The notes under the pieces were generated by a model. It searched no databases. It was not told the origin of the DNA and was given only the letters and a program-made list of their open reading frames with translations. From Pseudomonadota bacterium (lineage in GTDB: Bacteria > Bdellovibrionota_F > JAHFAK01 > JBDREC01), in NCBI GenBank assembly GCA_043820105.1, contig JBDREC010000049.1, positions 62,001-104,502 of the forward strand: a stretch of 42,502 nucleotides of DNA, in the 5' to 3' direction. Position 1 is the first letter of the stretch; each line of letters starts with the position of its first letter. This document shows, piece after piece, positions 1 to 8,644 of this stretch. The translations under genes were made by a program, and so were the position numbers.

Positions 1-18
1 GGTAGTTGAGGAGATTAA

Positions 19-942
19 ATGGTTCATAAGGTTATTATTCTTGGTTCAGGTCCAGCGGGTTTAACTGCTTCTATTTATTGCGGAAGAGCAAGATTAGAAC
101 CCATCTGTATTGCCGGGTCAATGCCTGGTGGACAATTAATGTTTACAACAAAAGTTGAAAATTTTCCTGGTTATCCTGATGGAATAATGGGTCAGGATTT
201 GATGGAGAATATGGAAAAGCATGCAACCAATTTTGGGACAAAGTTTATCAAGAAAAATGCAACAAAATTAGATTTGTCCAAGCGTCCATATAAGGTTTTT
301 GTTAGTGATGAAGAATATGAAACTGACAGTATAATTATTGCCACAGGAGCTTTTTCAAAAATGCTAGGTCTTCCCAATGAAAAAGATTTAATTGGAAAGG
401 GTTTATCAACTTGCGCTGTTTGTGATGGTTTCTTTTTTAGAGGCAAAGACGTTGCAATCGTGGGCGGTGGAGATTCAGCTCTTGAAGAAGCACTATTTTT
501 ATCTAGATTTGCTAATAAAGTTACCATTATCCATAGAAGAGATGCCTTTAGAGCTTCAAAGGCAATGCAAGAAAGAATAAAAAGAGACTCAAAAATTGAA
601 GTATTATGGAATAGTACTATTTCTGGGTATTTGGGAGACGAATACCTGGAAGGTCTAAAAATAAAAAATGTAAAAACAAGCGAAGAAAAAGACCATAATT
701 TTGATGGTGTCTTTTTGGCAATTGGTCATATTCCTAACACTGATGTTTTTAAAGATTCGCTGGAAACTGATGATGAAGGTTATATAAAGGTTAATAATGT
801 TACAAAAACTAATGTGTTAGGTGTTTTTGTAGCTGGAGATGTTAAAGACAGACATTATAAGCAAGCAATAACTGCAGCCGGCTCAGGTTGCCAAGCGGCC
901 CTTGATTGCGAGCGTTGGCTTGAAGAAGAATGCCTTTGTTAG
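19..942 (+). CDS. trxB: Thioredoxin-disulfide reductase
   Basis: GSGPAG FAD motif, CAVCDG redox pair, VGGGDSALEEA NADPH motif, QAITAAGSG C-terminus; GAGGAG RBS. Confidence 0.97.
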   Translation: MVHKVIILGSGPAGLTASIYCGRARLEPICIAGSMPGGQLMFTTKVENFPGYPDGIMGQDLMENMEKHATNFGTKFIKKNATKLDLSKRPYKVFVSDEEYETDSIIIATGAFSKMLGLPNEKDLIGKGLSTCAVCDGFFFRGKDVAIVGGGDSALEEALFLSRFANKVTIIHRRDAFRASKAMQERIKRDSKIEVLWNSTISGYLGDEYLEGLKIKNVKTSEEKDHNFDGVFLAIGHIPNTDVFKDSLETDDEGYIKVNNVTKTNVLGVFVAGDVKDRHYKQAITAAGSGCQAALDCERWLEEECLC

Positions 943-970
943 TTTTGATTTAAAATTTAGTTACTTTTTC

Positions 971-1000
971 TTGACACTTTTTGAAAAAAATAGATATTCA
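971..1000 (+). promoter_or_regulatory. Probable sigma70 promoter of tRNA-His
   Basis: TTGACA at 971-976, GATATT-like -10 at about 993-998, just upstream of the tRNA. Confidence 0.55.
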
Positions 1001-1013
1001 ACACACAAAATAT

Positions 1014-1088
1014 GGTGGGTGTAGCTCAGCTGGTTAGAGCATCAGATTGTGGTTCTGAGGGCCGGGGGTTCGAATCCCCTCACTCACC
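1014..1088 (+). tRNA. tRNA-His(GTG), CCA not encoded
   Basis: G-1 (1014) pairs with C1088; acceptor GTGGGTG/CACTCAC; anticodon arm TCAGA-TT GTG GT-TCTGA; T-loop GGTTCGAATCC; followed by TT rather than CCA. Confidence 0.97.
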
Positions 1089-1090
1089 TT

Positions 1091-1136
1091 ATAAAACAAA
1101 AGCCCTGAAGTGGAAACTTTAGGGCTTTTGTTTTAT
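1091..1136. terminator. Intrinsic, probably bidirectional terminator
   Basis: ATAAAACAAAAGCCCT...AGGGCTTTTGTTTTAT perfect 16-bp inverted repeat with extension. Confidence 0.85.
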
Positions 1137-1183
1137 CGTTCAATACTAAAAACCCAAACTCAATACTTCCCTTTCCTATTGAA

Positions 1184-1205
1184 CTTGATTTATAAACTCG
1201 ATCTA
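1184..1205 (+). repeat. CTNGRTCTA direct-repeat doublet (cassette A left end)
   Basis: CTTGATTTA (1184) and CTCGATCTA (1197), 13-bp period; nearly identical to 4344-4364. Confidence 0.65.
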
Positions 1206-1284
1206 AGATTTTGATTTTTATGTGTATTTTTTGAAAGTTATTATTTAAATTTGATAAATAGGCTGTATTTTAAAAAAATACTAT

Positions 1285-1719
1285 TTGGAAAAAGTCTTTA
1301 CGATTTTCAAATTATTTAGTATAGATTGTATTAGAGATGAAAATATTGCAAAAACAATTGTAAAGCTATTCAAAGAACATAATCGCATTTTAATTGTCTA
1401 TGGGGCAGGGCATTTAATTGAGCTGGATAGACTACTTGTTAAAATGCTTGCTAAACCGGTGCTTGAAGTTGCAAATCAATCTAAATTTAACCCAGTAAGT
1501 GATAAAGATTTTAGAAATAATAAAATACATAATAAGAACTACAAAAACAGTTTAATAATCCAAATAAAACAATCTAGCCTAGATATCTTCATCATAAAAA
1601 ACGAGAATAAATATTTTGTTAGGCACTATAAATACTATGATTTATTGGGAAAGAAACTCAATGAGTTTGAATTTGAATCGCTTCGAGAATTAAATGAGGA
1701 TTTGAAAAAGTGGTATTAA
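1285..1719 (+). pseudogene. Probable 5'-truncated TraB/GumN/ChaN-like fragment with unknown C-terminal part
   Basis: RDENIA...ILIVYGAGHL resembles the C-terminal motif of that fold; weak TTG start, N-terminal part missing. Confidence 0.45.
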
Positions 1720-1731
1720 TAAGCTAATTAT

Positions 1732-1818
1732 TTAAGCAGCTAACAATTCAAGCACCTTCCCAATTTCATTATAAACCTCATATCTCAAAAAGTTGCGATA
1801 TTCGTCAACAAGGGGACC
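1732..1818 (-). repeat. att-like scar 1, encodes start-less tail GPLVDEYRNFLRYEVYNEIGKVLELLAA*
   Basis: Shares the ATCTCAAAAAGTTGC core with 4245-4331, 5515-5601 and 15210-15299; open minus-strand frame to TAA. Confidence 0.85.
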
Positions 1819-1830
1819 TTTTTCGTGGTT

Positions 1831-1853
1831 CTAGGTCTAGTTGCTAGGTCTAG
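1831..1853 (+). repeat. Direct-repeat doublet (cassette B left end)
   Basis: CTAGGTCTAG at 1831 and 1844, 13-bp period. Confidence 0.6.
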
Positions 1854-1899
1854 AGCTTATTTCAAATACTTTTCATTATTATTTTAATTTATCTAGAAA

Positions 1900-3027
1900 T
1901 TAAAAAGTAATTTTATATTTTGTTTGAGGGCCTATTCCTAATTTTTGAATGAAAGATTGTTCAAGAAGAATGTTGATTGTATGAATTATTGTTCTTCTAG
2001 GAATACCCGTTGCTTTTTGAATATCATTGGTTGATAGGTTTATTTCAGGATTATCATTGAATGTATTATAAATTTTAAGTTGTGATTCTGTTAGTTTTTG
2101 TAGTTTAATAAATTTTTCATTATAAAAATCAATGTCAGATAGTACAGCTTGCTCAAACATTTTTATATAATATCTTAAAAGAAGTTCAATTTTATATTCT
2201 TTGGGATTTTGTTTAAATTTACCTTCAGAACACTTGCGCAAAATATAATAATATTCACTTTTTGTTTTTTCTATTTGTCTATCAACTGAAATGAATCTAA
2301 TTATTGTTGAAAGGTTTTTGTCAGTATTTTGCAAACAACCGAGAATAAATAAGGCTCTTGAAAGTCTTCCATTTCCATCCTGAAATGGATGAATTGCTAA
2401 AAATCTAAAAATGAATTCTACTAGTACGGTCAAAGCCCAAGGTTGCTCTTTGATTTCATTATTGTACCATGTAAATAAATCATTCATTGCTGAAACTGTT
2501 ATAGGTCCTGGATCTGCTGTTTTTAAAACTTCTGAAACAATTTTTCCATCAAGTCTTTCAACAACATTATTTGGGATAGTTTTATAATTTCCCAGATAAT
2601 ATGATGCTGGAGGATGGTATTGCAAAAGTTCTGAGTGCAATCCTCTTAAGTGATATTCTGATAATGGGAAAATATCTTTTGCCTGCGAAAAAATTATTTC
2701 TAAAACATTTCGAAGGCCAGCTACTTCCTGAATACTTCTTTCTTTGTCTTTTGAAAGCTTTTTTTTAATAAACGTGCTTTTATCTAAGTATGACGTTGTT
2801 TTAGAGTCGCCATTTAAAGTTTCATTAAGCCAATTAATTTCAGTATTTGTTAAAATTGCATTTTCAATTCTGGTGCTAGAACCTAAGGTGCTTATTTTTG
2901 CCATTTTATGAATATATTCTTTGCATTCAATATTCAAAAAATCTAGAAAAACAAGCTTTTGAGTAATTAACTCATTTAATTCCTTGAGTTTTTTGGTATC
3001 TTGATTTGATAAATTATATGAAAGCAT
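1900..3027 (-). CDS. Fic family protein (class II, C-terminal HTH)
   Basis: HPFQDGNGRLSR Fic motif; N-terminal STRIEN inhibitory motif; C-terminal wHTH-like segment (DIQKATGIPRRTI). Confidence 0.92.
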   Translation of the reverse strand: MLSYNLSNQDTKKLKELNELITQKLVFLDFLNIECKEYIHKMAKISTLGSSTRIENAILTNTEINWLNETLNGDSKTTSYLDKSTFIKKKLSKDKERSIQEVAGLRNVLEIIFSQAKDIFPLSEYHLRGLHSELLQYHPPASYYLGNYKTIPNNVVERLDGKIVSEVLKTADPGPITVSAMNDLFTWYNNEIKEQPWALTVLVEFIFRFLAIHPFQDGNGRLSRALFILGCLQNTDKNLSTIIRFISVDRQIEKTKSEYYYILRKCSEGKFKQNPKEYKIELLLRYYIKMFEQAVLSDIDFYNEKFIKLQKLTESQLKIYNTFNDNPEINLSTNDIQKATGIPRRTIIHTINILLEQSFIQKLGIGPQTKYKITF

Positions 3028-3041
3028 AGGATCAGTATATG

Positions 3042-3098
3042 TTATTGCGCATTAATGTGCAATAAAAAAAATAGCATATTGCACATTAATGCGCAGTA
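3042..3098. promoter_or_regulatory. Paired palindromic operators upstream of the Fic gene
   Basis: TTATTGCGCATTAATGTGCAATAA (3042-3065) and TATTGCACATTAATGCGCAGTA (3077-3098). Confidence 0.75.
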
Positions 3099-3304
3099 GA
3101 AATGTGATTGAGAAATATGTAAAAAATACAATGAGTTAGCTCGTTTCATTTTGCTCTGGTGCTACATGTCCAAAGCCAAAAACCCCAAAAGAGGCCCTTT
3201 ACTATATCCAAAAAATAATTTAAAACAATTGGTTAAGAGTTGTCTTGGTTCATTAGATAGAATTGATTAGAATACCAATTTGAAATTTCAAAAAGGAGAA
3301 ACAT

Positions 3305-3646
3305 TTGCTTTCCATTAAAATTAAAGTGATAAAAAATTATACATCGGCTTACCCTAATCCAATCAAAGTTAAATTAAATGAAATGGTTGAAATAAAGGAA
3401 AAAGAAACAGATTGGGAAGGATGGCTTTGGTGCAAAAATAAAAATGATATTGAAGGTTGGGTTCCAGAAAAAATAATAAAAAGAGAAGGCAATATTGGCA
3501 AGGTTTTAAGAGATTATGAAGCCACTGAACTAACTGTTGCAGCTGGCGAGGAATTAATGTTTTTAGAAGAAGAAAGTGGCTGGCTATTTTGTAAAAATTC
3601 CCAAAATCAAAAAGGCTGGGTGCCTGCTGAAAATACTGATTATTAG
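3305..3646 (+). CDS. Tandem SH3-domain protein
   Basis: Two GWxxC...GWVP SH3-like repeats, DYEATELTV; AGGAG RBS. Confidence 0.85.
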   Translation: MLSIKIKVIKNYTSAYPNPIKVKLNEMVEIKEKETDWEGWLWCKNKNDIEGWVPEKIIKREGNIGKVLRDYEATELTVAAGEELMFLEEESGWLFCKNSQNQKGWVPAENTDY

Positions 3647-3703
3647 CCACTTAAAGTGTAACTTTTTAATTAAGCTTTAAAAATATAAATTGGAGAAAGA
3701 ATC

Positions 3704-4129
3704 ATGGAGCCTTTAATTGACCATATTCAAATTACTGTTAAAAATCTTGAGAAAGCAGAAAAATTTTATGATTTATTTCTTCCCCTTCTTGGGTTTGATA
3801 TTATGAAAAAGGGGAAAGGTGAAGTTCCTGAACATGATTTTAAAGTTGTCGAATACTGTCATCCACGCTTATGTTTTGCAATTACATCACCAAGAAAAGC
3901 TTTTGCTGATGATGAAATACATAGAAGAAAACCAGGCTCACTTCATCATTTGGCCTTTAAAGCACAGTCAAGAGATGAAGTAGATAATGTATATAAAGAA
4001 CTTGTCAAAATTGGTGCTATAATTGTAACAGAGCCTAAAGAATACCCAGAATATACACCTCATGGATATTATGCTGTCTATTTTAAAGATATAGAAGGAA
4101 TTAAATATGAAATAGTACATGCACAATAA
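3704..4129 (+). CDS. VOC/glyoxalase family protein
   Basis: IDHIQITV, LHHLAF, YYAVYFKDIEGIKYEIV. Confidence 0.9.
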   Translation: MEPLIDHIQITVKNLEKAEKFYDLFLPLLGFDIMKKGKGEVPEHDFKVVEYCHPRLCFAITSPRKAFADDEIHRRKPGSLHHLAFKAQSRDEVDNVYKELVKIGAIIVTEPKEYPEYTPHGYYAVYFKDIEGIKYEIVHAQ

Positions 4130-4244
4130 TTTAATTATATTAGTTAAGGTTTCAGTAATTTATATTTTGACTGTTAAGTCAGTTCCAAAACCGTCCCCTC
4201 AGCCAATGCTTAAAACTTAATTACAATTTAGAAATAAAATTGGA

Positions 4245-4331
4245 TTAACTAGCCAATAATTCAACAACTTTCCCAATCTCACTATAAACCTCACATCTCA
4301 AAAAGTTGCAAAAGTCGTTTGCAGAGTGACC
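4245..4331 (-). repeat. att-like scar 2, encodes GHSANDFCNFLRCEVYSEIGKVVELLAS*
   Basis: Colinear and gap-free with scar 1 over 87 nt. Confidence 0.85.
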
Positions 4332-4343
4332 TTTTTTTATCCT

Positions 4344-4364
4344 CTTGATCTATAAACCGATCTA
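4344..4364 (+). repeat. Direct-repeat doublet (cassette C left end)
   Basis: CTTGATCTA and ACCGATCTA, 12-bp period. Confidence 0.65.
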
Positions 4365-4367
4365 AAT

Positions 4368-4471
4368 AAGTTATCATACAATATGGTAAATAATAACAGT
4401 AGTATGACAACTTTGTGTTTGACTTCAGTTGTCATACAAGGTATCATGATAGGCATATTGTATGATAACTT
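4368..4471 (+). promoter_or_regulatory. Sigma70 promoter embedded in four GTTRTCATAC operator half-sites
   Basis: Perfect 18-bp IR 4368-4385/4454-4471, perfect 11-bp IR 4402-4412/4427-4437; TTGACT (4419) N17 TATCAT (4442). Confidence 0.8.
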
Positions 4472-4483
4472 TTTGGAAGTTTT

Positions 4484-4804
4484 ATGGGTGTAATAAAATC
4501 GGTTTTAAAAGAAGAGCTTAATAATTATCTTAGTATGAAAAAAAATTACTAAAAGGAACTGAATAAACTACCAAAGGGAAGCTTAATTAAGAAAAAAGTG
4601 AAAGGTCATATCTATTATTATCTAACTTTTCGGGAAGATGGTAATATTAGGCAAATATATAAAGGGAAAACTATTTCTAAGGAAGAGATGAAAAAATACG
4701 AAGAAGCTAAAAAGCTTAGAAAAAAATATAGGATTCTATTATCTAAAGTCAAAAAGCAGATCAAATTTTTAAGGAGTACCTTGCGTGGACAAGAATCAGT
4801 TTAA
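4484..4804 (+). pseudogene. Small basic partner protein of the nucleotidyltransferase, with in-frame TAA at codon 23
   Basis: ATG 4484 is in frame with ORF 4598-4804: MGVIKSVLKEELNNYLSMKKNY*KELNKLPKGSLIKKKVKGHIYYYL; stop at 4550-4552. Confidence 0.75.
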
Positions 4805-5471
4805 TTTATGCAAAGAAGTTTTAATTCGCCTCGAGAACAAGGGTGTCTTAAAGCATGTAATATTAATAGGTAGTTGGTGTTTGCCATTTTATAAAGAGTA
4901 CCTTAAGTCAAATAAATATAATCCTTCTATTAGGACTAGGGATATGGATTTTCTTATTTCTTCTCCAAATAAAATAAAAACAAAGGTTGATATTCCAGAA
5001 ATGCTAAAAGATTTAGGATTTCTGGTTGATATAGGAGGGTCTAAGGGGGTTGTTAGGCTTCAACATCCAGATTTAATGATTGAATTTTTGGTGCCTGAAA
5101 AAGGAAAAGGTACAGACAAGCCATATCCATTACCAATGCTTGGAGTAAATGCTCAAACTATAAGATTTTTAAATTTATTAACTGAAAATACTATTACCAT
5201 TAAAATAAATACTGTAAACTTGATTTTGCCTCATCCTATTAATTGGGCCTTGCAAAAGCTTATAATTTATCAAAGAAGGGGAAGTAAGGATAAAGCTCAA
5301 AAAGATTTTGAAGCAGCGATTGGATTGTTGAAGGCTTTAATCACGAAAGGTGAATCTGAAAATATTATAAATATTTTCAAGTCACAGCCTTTAAGGTGGC
5401 AAAATAAGATAAGAAAAGGACTTGAAAAATCTGAAGAAAGTAAAGTTTTAAAGATATTTATGGAAGCATAA
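4785..5471 (+). CDS. Nucleotidyltransferase-fold protein (GSU2403-like)
   Basis: LIGSW...RTRDMDF Pol-beta-like motif, IEFLVP, QKLII...KAQKD. Confidence 0.8.
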   Translation: MDKNQFNLCKEVLIRLENKGVLKHVILIGSWCLPFYKEYLKSNKYNPSIRTRDMDFLISSPNKIKTKVDIPEMLKDLGFLVDIGGSKGVVRLQHPDLMIEFLVPEKGKGTDKPYPLPMLGVNAQTIRFLNLLTENTITIKINTVNLILPHPINWALQKLIIYQRRGSKDKAQKDFEAAIGLLKALITKGESENIINIFKSQPLRWQNKIRKGLEKSEESKVLKIFMEA

Positions 5472-5514
5472 TTGATGTTAAGCATAAATTTAAATTCAAT
5501 TTTAAATTCTTTGT

Positions 5515-5601
5515 CTAACTGGCTAATATCAAATCAATATTATTAACTTCTCTGAAAGAATTTAATCTCAAAAAGTTGCGATATTCGTCCACTAGGGGGC
5601 C
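5515..5601 (-). repeat. att-like scar 3, encodes GPLVDEYRNFLRLNSFREVNNIDLILAS*
   Basis: First 12 aa identical to scar 1 with only synonymous nucleotide changes. Confidence 0.85.
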
Positions 5602-5602
5602 T

Positions 5603-5646
5603 AAAAAATAAAGCCCTGAAACAAAAGTTTCAGGGCTTTATTTTTT
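5603..5646. terminator. Terminator hairpin homologous to the one after tRNA-His
   Basis: AAAAAATAAAGCCCTGAAAC-AAAA-GTTTCAGGGCTTTATTTTTT; shares AAAGCCCTGAA..AGGGCTTT with 1091-1136. Confidence 0.85.
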
Positions 5647-5656
5647 CCTCTACTTT

Positions 5657-5678
5657 CTCGATCTATTATCTCGATCTT
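5657..5678 (+). repeat. Direct-repeat doublet (cassette D left end)
   Basis: CTCGATCTA (5657) and CTCGATCTT (5670), 13-bp period. Confidence 0.65.
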
Positions 5679-5716
5679 GTTTTTCTTTGTAGCCTAGCTT
5701 CATATGATTGTTGATT

Positions 5717-6139
5717 TTATTTGATTAAATCTAATCTAAATAATCCCCTCTCTTTATGCAATTCAATGGGATTACATTTTCTTGTCATTTTTATAACTTC
5801 TTTGTTTGAAAAGAGCACTTCCCACTCTAAAAAACAATATCCCTTTTGTTTAGCATAGTTCAAACAGTGTAAAAACAGTTTATAACCTAAGCCTTTTCTA
5901 TAGTTCTGTTTTATATACAAGTCTTCTAAGAACAGGATAGGCTTTCCTTTAAAGCTAGAATATTTTGTATACAGGATTGCATAACCTATGTATTCCTCTT
6001 CAATTTTTACAAGAAAAGCTGCATGAAATTTATTAATATCCTTTTTTAAATTTTCTTTAACTTCGTCATTAATTTTCTGTTTCGTTAAATAGATTGAAAA
6101 TTCATCAACTAACTTTATTAATTCAGAAACATTTAACAC
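5717..6139 (-). pseudogene. GNAT acetyltransferase (SSAT-like), 5' end abutting or cut by an IS
   Basis: YSSFKGKPILFLEDLYIKQNYRKGLG; start codon lies at the putative IS end, native N-terminus appears lost. Confidence 0.7.
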
Positions 6140-7425
6140 CGATTTTCACAGTTAAGAAAAACGTCATAGTGGCACCCTAACTAGGCAGTCCAGTTAAACT
6201 CAATAGTTTTATTATCAAGCCAAGGAACTTTGAAAGGAGCTTGTAGTTTATTTACACCAAGCAGAATAGGAGTGTGGGCACGTTTCCTTATTTTTATTAT
6301 AAATTTATTGCCATCATAAACTACTTTACCCGGCATATCGATAAATTTTCTAAATATTGTTGGTGCAAGTTCTTTTTCAAAACGTCTTAAATCCTTTGCA
6401 AATATGTGATACAAAGTATCAGCTATCATTGTCCATAGAATATCAAAATGTATTCTTATCATTATTGGAGATGATAAAGCATTTAAATTAAAAAAAGCGA
6501 CCAGCTCTGATAATTTATTTTCAATTCTCCAGCGTTTTGCATAGACTTCTAATATATCCTTGATTGATAGTTTATTGTTGTTAGTAATTACATATGTTGG
6601 CTTCTTGCGACCATGATCCTTGATTGTAATTTGACGAAACTCATTGTGACACCCTGCTAACAGCACTTTTTCTTCATAAATGGAAACCTTTTTATATTTC
6701 CTTTTGGGAATATTAACAAATGCTTTCTGCCATTTCTTTTTTGCAATCCTTTGAGTCGATTCCAATAAAGATGCATTTCTTTTTCTTAAAGTAATGAATT
6801 TAACATGATCATCTGCAAGTTCATCTAATGTCCCATAGCTTGTAAACTTGCAGTCGAAAACAAGTGTTTCATTAACTTTTCTTTTCTTAATTTTCTTCCA
6901 AAAAGAAACAAATTTTTTGACCTCATTTGATTCTTCACTGCGTAAAATATCTGCTCTTGTATATAAAACAGCATTGCTTTTGCTATCCTGAGCAAAAACA
7001 GATGTTGCCCCTTTTAATGTTTTACCCCTTGAGCCACACCATATCTTTTCCATTTCTGATTCTTCACCATAATGAGGAATAGAATGAAAATCTAAATTGA
7101 TAAATTCACTATCATAAAATCTAGGATATTGCTTTTTTAATTGAGCTAAAATCTTTTCTTGTAAATTCATTAAGTCAGCTTCTGACATACGACATGAATA
7201 GGTGCCCATATAAGTAGATTTTGGCAAGACATTCAAAGATGCAAAAGTACCTAAACCTATTTCTTTATCAAATGCTCCGATATGGCTTAATCTTTTATTT
7301 CCAATCAGTTTGAGAAGTAGCATAGACAAACAGGCATTTATTGATCCAATTTCACTTGATTCAGGAAGCTTACATTTTTTTACAATATCCAAAATGCCTG
7401 ATTCTATAATATAAGGGAGGAATAT
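6139..7425 (-). mobile_element. Truncated IS with DDE transposase (IS4/IS1380-like); coding part 6181-7425 lacks its N-terminus
   Basis: DFHSIP, FDCKF, YAKRWRIENKL (YREK-like); frame extends to IFLPYIIESGILD then TAG at 7426-7428; putative end CCGATTTTCACAG at 6139. Confidence 0.8.
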
Positions 7426-7443
7426 CTATGACGAAGATAATTT
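7424..7443 (+). repeat. Single inverted copy of the 11439-11522 transposon-end repeat
   Basis: ATCTATGACGAAGATAATTT is the reverse complement of the AAAGTTACCTTCGTCATAGA-type units. Confidence 0.7.
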
Positions 7444-7591
7444 AATTTATTGACTTGCAGCTATTTGCTTATATTTAGTGGAGAATTTTGTTGAGGTACT
7501 AGGTTAAATAAACAGTTTATTGTTGTTTTATGGTTCAATACTGCGGAGTTTAGTAATGTTGTTTTTTAGCTAAGTGATCAAGAGTTTAGTG

Positions 7592-7828
7592 CTAGTGGCG
7601 ATAAGCTATATCAAACTTTTTTAAATTCTCAAGAGTTACAATACTGGAAACTTTTTTTCTAATGACATTAAACAAGTCTTCTATAGATCTAGATATTTCA
7701 TTTTGAGATTCTTTTTTCCATATATCAGAAAGTTTCTGGCCTGGATGACATACTTTAAAGAATGTTGCTCCTGCTTCTAAGCTTGCTTTTCTTTCAGAAT
7801 TAGCATCTCCAAAAACGAATATTTCAAA
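7592..7828 (-). pseudogene. 3' fragment of a HAD-family hydrolase
   Basis: Start-less frame EIFVFGDANSERKASLEAGATFFKV...RH* resembles the HAD motif IV region. Confidence 0.6.
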
Positions 7829-8002
7829 TTATAATCTCATAAACAGTTTTTCAGAATTTGTAATCCAGTTTCTGGAATCTGGAATTCGTTAATTATTAAA
7901 GCGATATATAAGCTCTTCATATTATTAGGATTGAAGGTATCGGTATAGTTCTTGCAGTAATCTATTTTTTTTATAGCAATTTATTAATAAAAGGAAACTA
8001 AC

Positions 8003-8644
8003 TTGAAATCAGAAAAGATTGAAATTGATATCGATTTTAGAGAAAGAAAAACAAATTTAATAGATATATTAAAAGAAAAATATAAATTTGATGTAAAAGA
8101 AAAGTTCTTAAAAATTGGAGATTATTGTATCGGAAATCGAATTATCATTGAAAGAAAGACCTGTAAAGATTTTATAGTATCTATAATTGATGGGCGACTT
8201 TTTAATCAAGCAAGTTTATTGAAAAATTCGAATCAGCTTTGTCTCTTTATTATAGAAGGAGAAGGGCTTTATAATACAGGTTTAGAGATGAGCAATAATT
8301 CAATAAATGGTGCATTAATCAGCTTATCTTTATTCTGGCAAATTCCAATATTGTTTACTAAGGATATTTATGAAACAGCATTATTTTTAAATTTAATTGC
8401 TTCCCAATATTATGTTGAAGTAAATGACATATCCTTTCGACCTGGAAGAAAGCCTAAGGGTAAGCGAAAAAGACAATTATATATTTTACAGGGCTTGCCA
8501 AATATTGGTCCTAAGTATGCTAATAAATTATTGGATCATTTTGGTTCTGTTGAACAGGTTTTTACGGCATCTGTTGATGATTTAAAGAGTATTGACGGAC
8601 TTGGGAAAAAAAGAGCAGAAAAGATTAAGGAGATTATTTCATGA
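8003..8644 (+). CDS. ERCC4/XPF-family nuclease with C-terminal helix-hairpin-helix
   Basis: IDFRE, GDY...ERKTCKDF catalytic motif, LPNIGPK and IDGLGKKRA HhH motifs. Confidence 0.9.
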   Translation: MKSEKIEIDIDFRERKTNLIDILKEKYKFDVKEKFLKIGDYCIGNRIIIERKTCKDFIVSIIDGRLFNQASLLKNSNQLCLFIIEGEGLYNTGLEMSNNSINGALISLSLFWQIPILFTKDIYETALFLNLIASQYYVEVNDISFRPGRKPKGKRKRQLYILQGLPNIGPKYANKLLDHFGSVEQVFTASVDDLKSIDGLGKKRAEKIKEIIS

